Assembly (NCBI GenBank): GCA_963716175.1
Contig: OY970296.1
Location: 64,001 to 128,000, forward strand
Direction of reading: 5' to 3'
Length of the DNA stretch: 64,000 bases
Source: an uncultured Armatimonadetes bacterium
GTDB taxonomy: Bacteria > Armatimonadota > Hebobacteria > Hebobacterales > Hebobacteraceae
In this document: in pieces, positions 32,594 through 42,793 of the stretch
Position numbering within the stretch: the stretch's first letter is position 1
Layout: each line of letters begins with the position of its first letter
Notes under the pieces: generated by a model
What the model saw: the letters and a program-made list of their open reading frames with translations, nothing else
Told to the model about the DNA's origin: nothing
Databases searched by the model: none
Translations under genes and position numbers: made by a program

Positions 32594-33592
32594 ATGGCAC
32601 TTGAGTTCGCATCAGATCGCTACGATCGCATGCAGTACCGGCGCTGTGGGCGAAGCGGCCTGCTGCTTCCGGCGATCTCGCTGGGAGCCTGGGAGACCTT
32701 TGGAGGCTATCGCGGCGAGGACGTCTCCCGTGATTGCCTGTTTCGCGCCTTCGACCTGGGGGTCACCCACTTCGACCTGGCCAACAACTACGGCGCGCCA
32801 CCCGGAAACGCGGAGATCGTGGTAGGCAAGATCATCAAGGAGATGCCCCGCGACGAGCTGATCATTTCCAGCAAGGCCGGCTGGTATATGTGGCCCGGCC
32901 CGTACGGTGACTGGGGCTCGCGCAAGTACCTGATCGCGAGCTGCGATCAGTCGTTGCAGCGGATGGGCCTGGAGTACTTCGACATCTTCTACCACCATCG
33001 GCCCGACCCGGAGACACCGCTGGAGGAGACCCTGGGCGCGCTCGACCACCTCGTGCAGCAGGGTAAGGCCCTCTACGCCGGGGTCAGCGCCTACAGCGGG
33101 GTGCAGTTCGCGGAAGCCGTGCGCGTCTGCGAGCGCATGGGTCTGGCGCGCGTCACCATCCATCAGCCCCGCTACAACCTGCTGGGCCGCACCATCGAAT
33201 GGGACCTGCTTCCCCAGACTCAGCAGGCCGGCTCCGGCGTGATCGTGTACTGCCCCCTCGCCTCGGGCCTGCTGACGGACAAGTACCTGGGCGGCGACAT
33301 CCCCGCCGAAAGCCGGGCCGCGCAGAAGTGGGGCAAGGAGTGGGTCGAGAAGAATCTGAGTCTCGAGCGCCGGGCCACACTCACGCGACTGAACGAGATG
33401 GCGAAGCAGCGGGGTCAGACCCTGGCTCAGATGGCGCTTGCCTGGATCCTGCGACTCCCTGCCATCACTAGCGCGCTCACCGGCGCCTCCAGCGTGAAGC
33501 AGATTGAGGAGAATGTCGCTGCGCTTGAGAATCTGGAGTTCACGAAAGACGAACTCGACGGGATCGACAAGCTGACCAAACGCGCTCCCTAG
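32594..33592 (+). CDS. Aldo/keto reductase (YghZ/Gpr-like)
   Basis: MQYRRCGRSGLLLPAISLG, THFDLANNYG, WPGPYGDWGSRKYLIAS. Confidence 0.9.
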   Translation: MALEFASDRYDRMQYRRCGRSGLLLPAISLGAWETFGGYRGEDVSRDCLFRAFDLGVTHFDLANNYGAPPGNAEIVVGKIIKEMPRDELIISSKAGWYMWPGPYGDWGSRKYLIASCDQSLQRMGLEYFDIFYHHRPDPETPLEETLGALDHLVQQGKALYAGVSAYSGVQFAEAVRVCERMGLARVTIHQPRYNLLGRTIEWDLLPQTQQAGSGVIVYCPLASGLLTDKYLGGDIPAESRAAQKWGKEWVEKNLSLERRATLTRLNEMAKQRGQTLAQMALAWILRLPAITSALTGASSVKQIEENVAALENLEFTKDELDGIDKLTKRAP

Positions 33593-33616
33593 CCGGTTCT
33601 CTTGTTTCGGCCGGAC

Positions 33617-34537
33617 CGTGCTATCCAGTAACCCATCGGCGCGATCCAGACGAACCGGACGGCTGTGCGGCGATGGGAGCTTAGGACATGATGGCGGCCG
33701 CGAGCCAGGCTGGGGATGAAGGTTGCAGTCGTGATCCACCGCTTCTGGCCGTGCCACGAGCACGGGGCCGTGCCAATGCTGTCTGCTCGGCCCTTGATCG
33801 AACATTGCTGTCTCCGCGCCAGTCACGCGGCTTCGCGGTGGTAGGAGTTCAGCAGCCCGCCCAGGAACTGCTCGCACTCGACCCGGAGCCCCTGGTCAGG
33901 GATTCCGCCGGTCGGATCCAGCGGCGCCAGCAGGCTCCCTCGGCGGTCTGGGATCTGATTGGCGATGGGGGCAGTCCGTTGCGCCGCAGAATGCCCGCGA
34001 TGCAGCCCTTCGAGCGCGTGACGCCCAGCTTGAGCAGTTCCCCTCGGATGCGCTGGTAGCCCCAGGTGTCCTCCCGCGCCAGGCGGCAGACCAGGTTTCG
34101 ATGTCGTCCGAGGTCCGAGGGCGGCCCGGGGCGCGTCGGGCGCTGCAATCCCACTTCCGCCGCTCCGATCGCCGCTGCCAGGCCAGGATCGTCTCCGGCT
34201 TGACGATACTCACCACTTTCTTCATCAGCGGCCGACCCATGGCCAGCGCGGCCTCGACCAGCGACCGGCGTTCCTCATCTGTGAAGCGGAGCCGCCCTGG
34301 CATCTTCTCTTTGAGAAGTCTATTCTCCAGGCCCAGGTATTCATTCTGCAGCGTCAGCTCCCGGCACAATAGGCGCGCTACCGTGGCCATGACTGGCAGC
34401 CCCACCCAGTCCAATCTCAACTCGGCATCCTTCTCCATCCTCAGCCTCACAGCGCAGGGATATGCACGGGAGCCGAGAATACTACGCCATGGGCTATATA
34501 GGGGCTCTCGAAGCCAGATGGGTCTTCGGACAGGACA
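33617..34537 (-). mobile_element. IS family B, internally deleted (integrase core missing)
   Basis: RLRFTDEERR..IVKPETILAW, WGYQRIRGELLKLG, then a jump to FLGGLLNSYHREAA*; imperfect IRs containing ACCCATC. Confidence 0.7.
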
Positions 34538-34727
34538 GGGTTCATGCCAGTGGGGTGTGGGGCCGGCCGGTGGAGCTGCCCTTCGATCCTCCGGATGATC
34601 TTTCCCAGCAAGTGACTGCGTCTCTCAGACGCAATCCCTGAGTACCCCCCTGCCAGGGACTGCTAAGCGACCTCCCGGTGTCTGATTAATGCGGCACTGC
34701 AAATTGAAGTTGGAAGCGCGGGCTTGA

Positions 34728-35927
34728 ATGCAAACTATTGGATCTTATCTGATCAACGACCCTGACACTCCCCTGCGATTTGGCGAAGTCAATCTCATCA
34801 ACCCCTCTCGCCGCGAGCGAAGAGGCCTGCCCGATCGGGAGGGCATTCTCTGTCAGTCAATCATCACGGGCTTCTGCGGCACTGACTGGGAGCTGATGCA
34901 GATGGGAGCGCGTGGCGAACTCGGCCCCAAGTTCCCGACCGGTCAGACGCGTTTAATTAACGGGCACGAGGGCGTCGTCTGGGTGCCGGATCAGAAGCGC
35001 TATGCCGTGGTGCTGATCCGCGGCGGCGACTCCTATGATCCGAGTCGCTTCGAGTCCGATGAAACCTACTTCGAATATGGCTGCGATCAAGCTGACGGTT
35101 TGATGGCCTACCAAGGCTACTATCACCCGGACATGCTGCTGGAGATTCCGGCTGACGCCCTGCCCAAAGGCACAATCCTGACGAAGACCTTGGGAAAGCG
35201 ACTGTCGTTCGCGGATCCGATGGCCTGCATGATCTTCCAGCGCGAACGGATCGAAGACTTGTTGGGCGCCCACAACTGGCGTTTATTTGCCGCCCGGGGC
35301 ATGGACCGGTCGGCGGCCTTGGAGGAAGCTGTTCGCGATGGCTTTTCCCATGTGGTCATTTATGGATTGGGAAGCACCGGGCTCTTGGGGGCGATAGCCA
35401 TTAAGGAAAAGTATCCCGATGCGCGCATCGTCGCAGTCGCGCGATCTGTGCCGGGCAACGAGAAGCATGCCTTCCTCGCAAGGCTTTACCCGGACCTCGT
35501 ATATGTGCAAGCGAGCACTGATCTTGCTGACACCTCGCGCCGTATTTGCGAAGCGCTGGGAGGAAGGAAGCCCCGCATCTTCCTTGGTGCTTCCGCAAGC
35601 CCAGGGGAGGCGGAGGCGGCCTTCGGCCACGGCGTGCTAGACAATAACGGTATTTATGCGAGCTTCAGCCTGGGGCCGATTGTGAGCTATGACACGATGC
35701 CCTTCGGCTTCAGGAATCACCTTATCTTCGGCGCCATCAACTTCCGCCGGGATCATATGGAAGACGCGATTCGTCTGCTGTGCCGGTTTCCGCTCGACGA
35801 ATTGGTGCGAGAGTATCCGCTCACCGACCTTGCCGCCGGCCCCATCGCGTTCTATCAGGCAATCTACCGGGGGGAGCAAAGGGCCTTCAAGTCTGCCTGC
35901 GTGTGGGATCCAGAGAGGATCGCGTGA
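34728..35927 (+). CDS. Divergent MDR-family (glucose 1-dehydrogenase-like) oxidoreductase
   Basis: GFCGTD, NGHEG, GLGSTG; no 4-Cys structural Zn loop. Confidence 0.65.
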   Translation: MQTIGSYLINDPDTPLRFGEVNLINPSRRERRGLPDREGILCQSIITGFCGTDWELMQMGARGELGPKFPTGQTRLINGHEGVVWVPDQKRYAVVLIRGGDSYDPSRFESDETYFEYGCDQADGLMAYQGYYHPDMLLEIPADALPKGTILTKTLGKRLSFADPMACMIFQRERIEDLLGAHNWRLFAARGMDRSAALEEAVRDGFSHVVIYGLGSTGLLGAIAIKEKYPDARIVAVARSVPGNEKHAFLARLYPDLVYVQASTDLADTSRRICEALGGRKPRIFLGASASPGEAEAAFGHGVLDNNGIYASFSLGPIVSYDTMPFGFRNHLIFGAINFRRDHMEDAIRLLCRFPLDELVREYPLTDLAAGPIAFYQAIYRGEQRAFKSACVWDPERIA

Positions 35928-36757
35928 AACTGGACGCCCACCAGCATTTCTGGCGTTACAACCAGCGCGACTACGGCTGGATCGGAGACGCGATGGCCGC
36001 GCTCAGACGCGATTTCCTTCCCGAAGAACTGGCGCGCGAACAGACTTCGCTCGGTTTCGATGGGTCCATCGCGGTGCAGGCGCGCCAGTCGCTCGCCGAG
36101 ACTAAATGGCTGCTCCAGCTCGCCGATGCGAACCCGTTCATAAAGGGGGTCGTCGGCTGGGTGGATTTATGCTCCCCCGAGTTGTCTGCACAGCTCGAGC
36201 GCTTTGCCCACCACCCGAAGCTGTGCGGTGTCAGGCATGTCGTGCAAGATGAACCAGACGACCGATTCATGCTGCGAGAGGACTTTCTGCGCGGGATCGC
36301 GGATCTGAAGCAGTGGAAGCTGGCCTATGACATTCTCGTTTTCCCGCGCCATCTGCCCATCGCGGGCGAACTAGTAAAGCGATTCCCTGAGCAGACATTC
36401 GTCCTCGATCACCTCGCAAAGCCACCGATTGGGGCAGGATCGCTTGAACCTTGGGCGACGGATATGCGTGCGCTCGCGGCGTTCCCTAATGTTGTGTGCA
36501 AGGCCTCCGGGATGGTAACAGAAGCTGACTGGGACAACTGGCGCGTGGCCGATTTTCGCCCCCATCTCGACATCGCCTTCGAGGCCTTCGGGATAGAACG
36601 CATCATGATTGGCTCTGATTGGCCTGTATGCACGCTTGCCGCCTCTTATGCGGAGACAGTGGACATCGTCATTGAATACCTGCGCGGCCTATCCCTTCCG
36701 GAACAGGATCTGATCCTGGGAAAGAACGCTCAGACTTGGTACGGGGTGAGAGCATGA
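35924..36757 (+). CDS. Amidohydrolase-family sugar lactonase (L-fuconolactonase-like)
   Basis: DAHQHFW, VVGWVDL, VLDHLAKP, GSDWPVC; GTGA overlap. Confidence 0.88.
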   Translation: MKLDAHQHFWRYNQRDYGWIGDAMAALRRDFLPEELAREQTSLGFDGSIAVQARQSLAETKWLLQLADANPFIKGVVGWVDLCSPELSAQLERFAHHPKLCGVRHVVQDEPDDRFMLREDFLRGIADLKQWKLAYDILVFPRHLPIAGELVKRFPEQTFVLDHLAKPPIGAGSLEPWATDMRALAAFPNVVCKASGMVTEADWDNWRVADFRPHLDIAFEAFGIERIMIGSDWPVCTLAASYAETVDIVIEYLRGLSLPEQDLILGKNAQTWYGVRA

Positions 36758-37770
36758 GAGCCATATCTCTTAGCCGGCCCGAGCAGATACAGATCGTTGA
36801 CATCCCAGAACCCGAGCTTGGGCCAGATGAAGTGCTGGTGGAAATCCACTACGTCGGTCTCTGCGGCAGCGACCTGAACGCCTATCGCGGCCTTTCGCCG
36901 ATGGTCACATACCCGCGCATCCCCGGCCACGAGGTCAGCGGAGTGGTGGCAGGCAAAGGAACACAAGTGCCCGCGGCCATCCAGCTCGGCGCACGCGTGA
37001 CGATCTCACCGTATACGGAGTGTGGAACCTGCCCCGCCTGCCGGATCGGGCGCACCAATTGTTGTCAGTTCAACGAAACCCTGGGTGTGCAGCGAGACGG
37101 GGCGCTGACCGAACGTATCGCTATCCATCACAGCAAGGTGTTCGCCAGTGCCGAACTCTCGGCCGAGGAGATAGCACTGGTCGAGCCGATCAGCGTCGGC
37201 TACCATGCCTCAAACCGAGGCCGCATCGGCGAGACGGACTGTGTGCTCGTGCTCGGCTGCGGGACCATCGGCCTGGGGGCGGTGGCAGCGGCGGCGCGTA
37301 AAGGTGCGACCGTAATTGGTTTGGATGTGGACGACGCAAAACTGGAGCTTGCCTGCAAGTTAGGGGCGCGACACACGATCAACTCCACGCGGGAAGAGGC
37401 GGAAGCGCGCATAGCTTCCCTCACTAACAGAGAGGGGGTGAATGTTGCGATCGAGGCGGTGGGTCTACCGGCCACTTACCGGATGGCGGTGGAGTCGGTG
37501 GCCTATGCCGGACGGGTAGTATGCGTGGGATATGCGAAAGAGGAAGTGTCTTTCCCAACGCGTTTGTTCGTGAGCAAGGAACTGGATATTTCGGGCGCGC
37601 GCAACGCCCTTCACGTCTTCCCCTCCGTCATCCGCATGCTAGAGGAGCGGCGGCGGCCCTTCACCGATCTCATCACGAAGGTGACGCCGTTCGCTGACAC
37701 CGCCCAGGCTTTCGAAGAATGGAACGCCGCCCCTGGCAAGTTCACGAAGATCCTGGTGCGCGTTACTTAA
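36754..37770 (+). CDS. Zn-dependent alcohol dehydrogenase (aldonate dehydrogenase-like)
   Basis: GLCGSD, GHEVSG, CGTCPACRIGRTNCC, GCGTIG. Confidence 0.9.
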   Translation: MRAISLSRPEQIQIVDIPEPELGPDEVLVEIHYVGLCGSDLNAYRGLSPMVTYPRIPGHEVSGVVAGKGTQVPAAIQLGARVTISPYTECGTCPACRIGRTNCCQFNETLGVQRDGALTERIAIHHSKVFASAELSAEEIALVEPISVGYHASNRGRIGETDCVLVLGCGTIGLGAVAAAARKGATVIGLDVDDAKLELACKLGARHTINSTREEAEARIASLTNREGVNVAIEAVGLPATYRMAVESVAYAGRVVCVGYAKEEVSFPTRLFVSKELDISGARNALHVFPSVIRMLEERRRPFTDLITKVTPFADTAQAFEEWNAAPGKFTKILVRVT

Positions 37771-37815
37771 CACCTCACCGGCCGTGACCTGGTGAAAACC
37801 ACAATTGGAGAATGT

Positions 37816-39603
37816 ATGGTGATAAGAGTCTGGCTTTCGTTCCTAGTCTCGTTGTTCCTAACCGGCTCTCTTGTCTTGGGGGCCTGCGGGGAGACCACCG
37901 GAGAGAGTCCGGGGCGCACCTTGCATGTATCCCAGAAGGCACTCCCCGAAATCACCGCGGAGCTCCAGTTCCGCACGATCAGTGAGGCGGCCGCGCGCGT
38001 CGCGGCTGGCGATACCGTGGTCATCCACAGCGGAACCTACCGTGAGCACGTGGTGCTGAAGGCAAGCGGCACCGCTGAGAAACCGATCCGCTTCGTGGCG
38101 GCTGCGGGCGAGCATGTGGTGGTGACCGGAGCAGACGAGATCACAGCCTGGGAGCGGGCCGATCCCGAGAGAAGTATTTGTAAGACGCCCTGGCCTCATG
38201 CCTTCATCACCTGGGACGAAAGGAACACGCATCCGGGTGATGACTACCACGTGGTGATCGGGCGAGCGGAGCAGGTGTTTGAGGACGGCTACCTGCTGCA
38301 CCAGGTGCTGAGCCGAGACGAGATGTCTCGCGGTTCCTTCTATGTTGATCTAAAGGCGAAGCTGCTTTATGTCTGGGGATACACCGACAAGACCCCGGGG
38401 GAGCGGTCACGTGTGGAAGCTTCGGTGCGCGATATCGTGTGGGATCTAAGGGGTGATTACAATCACGTTCGCGGTCTCCGGTTCCGGTACGCCGCGAATC
38501 GAGCGCAGCAGGGAGCAGCCCAGTTCCGTGGGGATAACAATGTGATCGAGGACTGCGTCTTCGAAAGGACAAACGGGTGCGGCGCCGTCTTCGGGGGGCA
38601 AAACGTCATCGTGCGCAATAGCACCTTTCAAGACAACGGCCAGATGGGCTTCGGCGCCGGCCGAGCACATAAGCTCCTAATGACCGGCTGCCTCGTCAGA
38701 CACAATAACGTAAAGGGGTTCGATCGCGGCTGGGAGGCGGGCGGCGACAAGATTGTTTTCTCCAGAGGTGTTGTGATCGAGAACAGTATGTTCATCGAAA
38801 ACCGGGGACACGGGCTCTGGTTTGATATTGGCAATGAAGATTGCGAGGTGAGGAACTGCCTGTTCGCCGATAACGAAGACTGTGGCGTTTTCTACGAGAT
38901 CTCTTACGGTTTGCACGTCCATGACAGTGTCTTCGTCGGGAACGGGTTCGCCGATTCTGACGGCGCCTGGGGCGCGTCCTGCGGCATCTCGCTCAGCAGC
39001 TCTCCCGGGTGCGTGATCGAGCGCAACCTGATCGTGGGCAACAAGGAGGGCTTCGACTTCCGCGAGCAGGGGCGCTCAACCCCTCACATAGAGGACGCCG
39101 ACAAGGACGACGAAGAGAGAAAGGACTATCCGATCTGGAACCACGACGAGATCATCCGCAGCAATGTGCTTGCCTACAATCGAGACGCGCAGTGCTGGGG
39201 ATGGTTCGATATCGGCGACCAGCGGCACTGGCCGGCGGCAATGCAGAACCCCGCGACGCTTGAGGGTCCCGAGCCCGACGACGACGAGCCTGAGAGGCAG
39301 CCGACCGGGCTGACGCTGGAGAAGCTGAAGCTGAACTTCGAGAACAACATCTACTTCGCCGCGCCGGGCCAAGGCCTTCTCAACTGGGGCGTGACGTGGG
39401 ACGAGATGCGCCGGCTATACACGAGCCTAGGGGAAGTGCGAGGCGAGCTCGCCCTCGAGCGGGAGAGCGTGGTGGCCCAACCTGGCTTCGCCGACATCAC
39501 GACCAGGGATTTCCGCGTTCCCGCGGACAGCCTGCTCTTGCGTATGGGATGTTATCCCGAGGGCGAAGTGCCCGGGGTCAAGCTCGGCATCGCTGACCGA
39601 TGA
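37816..39603 (+). CDS. Secreted right-handed parallel beta-helix protein
   Basis: Signal/lipobox-like N-terminus, FRTISEAA..AGDTVVIHSGTYRE, GLWFDIGN, YEIS. Confidence 0.85.
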   Translation: MVIRVWLSFLVSLFLTGSLVLGACGETTGESPGRTLHVSQKALPEITAELQFRTISEAAARVAAGDTVVIHSGTYREHVVLKASGTAEKPIRFVAAAGEHVVVTGADEITAWERADPERSICKTPWPHAFITWDERNTHPGDDYHVVIGRAEQVFEDGYLLHQVLSRDEMSRGSFYVDLKAKLLYVWGYTDKTPGERSRVEASVRDIVWDLRGDYNHVRGLRFRYAANRAQQGAAQFRGDNNVIEDCVFERTNGCGAVFGGQNVIVRNSTFQDNGQMGFGAGRAHKLLMTGCLVRHNNVKGFDRGWEAGGDKIVFSRGVVIENSMFIENRGHGLWFDIGNEDCEVRNCLFADNEDCGVFYEISYGLHVHDSVFVGNGFADSDGAWGASCGISLSSSPGCVIERNLIVGNKEGFDFREQGRSTPHIEDADKDDEERKDYPIWNHDEIIRSNVLAYNRDAQCWGWFDIGDQRHWPAAMQNPATLEGPEPDDDEPERQPTGLTLEKLKLNFENNIYFAAPGQGLLNWGVTWDEMRRLYTSLGEVRGELALERESVVAQPGFADITTRDFRVPADSLLLRMGCYPEGEVPGVKLGIADR

Positions 39604-39705
39604 TCGGAGGAGCTATGACACTGCGCACCTGCCTTCCCCCAGTCCTTGTCTGGCTGCTGGCTGCCGAACTCGGGTATGCCGCCACCTGTAGAACTGCGCG
39701 GCCAA

Positions 39706-40215
39706 TCAACTGGAGCCGGCTTCGTCTTCGGGTTCGGCTTCTGCTCCCGCGGTCAGCGTGCGCCTGGGCGGCAATGGGACGGCTGGCGTGGGAGCCGGTT
39801 CAGGACCTCCACCGCCTCCCCGGCCACGCGGAGGCCGATCGCCCGAGGGGGAGGAACCCCCTCCGCGGAGCATTGAGGGCAGCAGGATGGCTACCGCCAG
39901 CAGGGCTGCCGCAATCGGCCAGGCGAGCACATCCCTCGCCGACACAGTGCCAAGAAGCCCCTGTGTAAGAAGCCAGCTGCCCTCGAACAGCGCGGCAGCA
40001 AGAAAAGCCCATCTCATTGCCTGTGCTGACAACCATGCGCCGACCACCAGCGCGGCAGCCATTGCTGCCGACTCGATCCAGGTCCCCCGGTACCATCCGG
40101 CCACCGCTATCAACAGGCATGCTCCGGCGGCGATCAGCAGCCGGCGACCACGTCCGAAGCTGCCGGACTCGCCGTGCTTCCAGTATCTCGCTCGACCGTC
40201 TGCCGCACGTCTCAC
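39706..40215 (-). CDS. Hypothetical membrane protein, last gene of the AAA/PilT operon
   Basis: About 4 hydrophobic segments and a Pro/Gly tail; follows pilT. Confidence 0.4.
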   Translation of the reverse strand: MRRAADGRARYWKHGESGSFGRGRRLLIAAGACLLIAVAGWYRGTWIESAAMAAALVVGAWLSAQAMRWAFLAAALFEGSWLLTQGLLGTVSARDVLAWPIAAALLAVAILLPSMLRGGGSSPSGDRPPRGRGGGGGPEPAPTPAVPLPPRRTLTAGAEAEPEDEAGSS

Positions 40216-40302
40216 GTCAGCCCCGCTTCTGTCGCCCGAACGCTGGCACGGCTCGGCAGGGCGCCCCGTCCGCGCCAGCGACGCCCGGGCCGGTCGCAGT
40301 GG

Positions 40303-41442
40303 CTACCGACGATCCTGGTGCCGCTGCGCGCGATTGCCAGAATCCCGGAGAGGCCGGTCAGCGCCATCCGGTTCATCTGGTGTGCTGCCCGTATCTCCGA
40401 GAATGTGGTCGGGATTGCGCGCCCGGGACACGGCTTCGTCGTAGCTGATCACACCGGCCTCGTACAGATCCTTGAGCGACTGGTCCATCAGCTGCATGTG
40501 CTGCTCGCCGCTCATCTGGATGGTGTTGTAGAGCAGGTGGCTCTTCCGTTCCCGGATGATGTTACGCACCGCCATCGTCCCGACCAGCACCTCCGTAGCG
40601 AGGACGCGGCCCGCTTTGTCCAGTCGTGGGATGAGCTGCTGGGAGATAACTCCCTGAAGTGTGGCGGCCAGCTGTGTGACGATCTGGGGCTGCTGTGCGG
40701 AAGGAAAAACGTCCACGATGCGGTCGATCGTCCCGACACTGTCGGGAGTGTGAAGGGTGGCGATGACCAGATGTCCCGTCTCCGCCGCAGTGAGCGCGGT
40801 GGCAATGGTCTCCAGGTCGCGCATCTCGCCCACACCGATCACGTCCGGATCCATGCGAAGGATGTGCGTCAAGGCCTCGCCGAATGACTTGACATCGCTG
40901 CCCACCTCCTGCTGAACGACGATACTCTTGCGGTGGATGTGGCGGTATTCGATGGGGTCCTCGACAGTCACGATCTTCGCTCTCCGCTCCCGGTTGATCT
41001 GGTCGATCAGAGACGCCATACTCGTCGTTTTGCCCACCCCCGTAGGGCCCGTGATGAGCACCAGGCCGGCGCTCCTGCGAGCGAACTCGAAGGCCACCTC
41101 GGGCAGTCCCAGATCCCCGATCCCGCGGATCACCGGCGGGCAAACGCGGATGGCGCACTCCACGCAGGAGCGCGCATAGTACAGGGTGATGCGGAAGTGA
41201 CCGATATCCGGGAAGAACGATGAGACGCACAGCCGCCAGTTGTCCTCGAACGACTTGGTTTGGACCTGCGACAGCACCGGATACACCAATGCCTTCGCGC
41301 CCTCCCGCTCGACTGGCTCATGGTCGGTAGCCACGATGGACCCATCAACGCGGAGCAGAGGAGGAAGCCCGGTCACGAGGTGGATGTCCGACGCTCGCCG
41401 GTCGACCGCCTCCCTCAACAGCTCGATCAAGGCTAAGCCCAC
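40303..41442 (-). CDS. pilT: PilT/PilU family type IV pilus retraction ATPase
   Basis: ASDIHL, GPTGVGKTT, EDPIE, GEMRD, HLVIATLHT, AVRNIIRE; GTG start after GAGGAG. Confidence 0.92.
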   Translation of the reverse strand: MGLALIELLREAVDRRASDIHLVTGLPPLLRVDGSIVATDHEPVEREGAKALVYPVLSQVQTKSFEDNWRLCVSSFFPDIGHFRITLYYARSCVECAIRVCPPVIRGIGDLGLPEVAFEFARRSAGLVLITGPTGVGKTTSMASLIDQINRERRAKIVTVEDPIEYRHIHRKSIVVQQEVGSDVKSFGEALTHILRMDPDVIGVGEMRDLETIATALTAAETGHLVIATLHTPDSVGTIDRIVDVFPSAQQPQIVTQLAATLQGVISQQLIPRLDKAGRVLATEVLVGTMAVRNIIRERKSHLLYNTIQMSGEQHMQLMDQSLKDLYEAGVISYDEAVSRARNPDHILGDTGSTPDEPDGADRPLRDSGNRAQRHQDRR

Positions 41443-41462
41443 TCTGCTCTCCTCGTCTGCAC

Positions 41463-42546
41463 TCAGCCGCCCGGCGCTGGGTCGGCATGGTTGACTATCC
41501 GTCGGTGTTGGAACGGGCAGTACACAAGCCACGCCCGGCCAAGGATCTCGCTCTTCCTGATGCTGACCGGCCCCATCCCGATCTGGCCGTGCTGAACGCC
41601 CATCTCATCTGGGTAGTGGATTCCCCACACCAGATACTCGCCCTCTCGCACGTTCCCCGTCCAGTCCGAGATGTGAACCTGGGCCCCCTGCACCTGGAAC
41701 GCTTGGGCGGGCTGAATGGGATATGCGTCCGGCTCAAGGGGACTCTCGTTCAGATACAGCCGTCCCCTCCTGGTATTTGAGAACGTCGCCAGGCACAGCG
41801 ATCACGCGGTCGACGTAGAGCATCCCTTCCCGCGAAGTCAGGATGACATCCCCCCTCATGGGGTCAGCATTTCGATAGGCTCTCCGTGAGAACAGGAGGC
41901 GGTCGCCCCGGTCGAAAACGGTAGGGTCCCTCCCCACATCGGCGCCGCTGCCGGAGGCAGCCACTCGCACGACGGGCATGGCCACGGTGACTCGCTCCCA
42001 CCCGGCCGACAGCGCCAGCGTGGCGAGGGCATAGGCGCCACCGACTAACCCCAGGCCCATGAGCGCGCAGTCGACGCGGAAGGGCCGACGCCGGCCGGTT
42101 GCGACATCGATCCTCATAGCATCGGTGGCAGAGCTAAGAAGCAATGAGACGGCGACCATCGCCATCAGGGTCGCGACCGCAGTGCCCATCAACAGCGCCC
42201 ACGCCAGAGTCGCGCCGGCGAATGCGAGCAGCATCACCCATCCGGCGCGACTCTCCCCGAGCAGCAGACGGGGAAGCCCAGGCAAGAGCGAAGCTGCCAG
42301 CAGCAACAGCCGCCGCCCAAGACGAGCCGCGGCGGCAGAACTGGGCCGCGCTCGCTCTGCAGCGACAAAGAGGCCGCCGAACTCGCGAGCGATCCAGGAC
42401 TCGGCTCTCCGGAACTGGCGCCGCGTGCGGCCCCGGGCGCGCGCTGGCTCGACGAGAGATGCTGACCCCGGCACCAGTTCGGCCGCGCATCCAGCACAGA
42501 AGGGCCTGTCGGTGTCGTTCTCACGTCCGCAGGCCGGACAGCGCAT
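41463..42546 (-). CDS. Zinc-ribbon + TM + S26 signal-peptidase-like protein; frameshift near 41765
   Basis: CPACG..CAGC; GDRLL..PMRGDVI..YVDRVIAVPGD. Removing one G from the G4 run gives GRLYLNE..GPVSIRKSEILGRAWLVY. Confidence 0.7.
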
Positions 42547-42548
42547 GG

Positions 42549-42785
42549 CTACTGACTGGGATCCTGCCCAGGCCCTCGCCGAGCCCAGGTCCGCTCGGTG
42601 TCGGCGAGGCCGGCCTTGCGCGGGGGCTCGTAGTACTCCGGGGTGAGCGTCTTGCTCTTCACCTGGCCGACGTTCTTCTCGAACAGCTCCACGTACTCCA
42701 GACAGGCCGGGCCCTTCGCTCCCTTCACCTCAACCGTCACCCGGCCCTGCTGGTCGATCACGATCTCGAGTTCATGTCGCTCCAC
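42549..42785 (-). CDS. DUF2997 family small protein
   Basis: ELEIVIDQQGRVTVEVKGAKGPACLE..KTLTPEYY. Confidence 0.8.
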   Translation of the reverse strand: MERHELEIVIDQQGRVTVEVKGAKGPACLEYVELFEKNVGQVKSKTLTPEYYEPPRKAGLADTERTWARRGPGQDPSQ

Positions 42786-42793
42786 GGTCAGCC

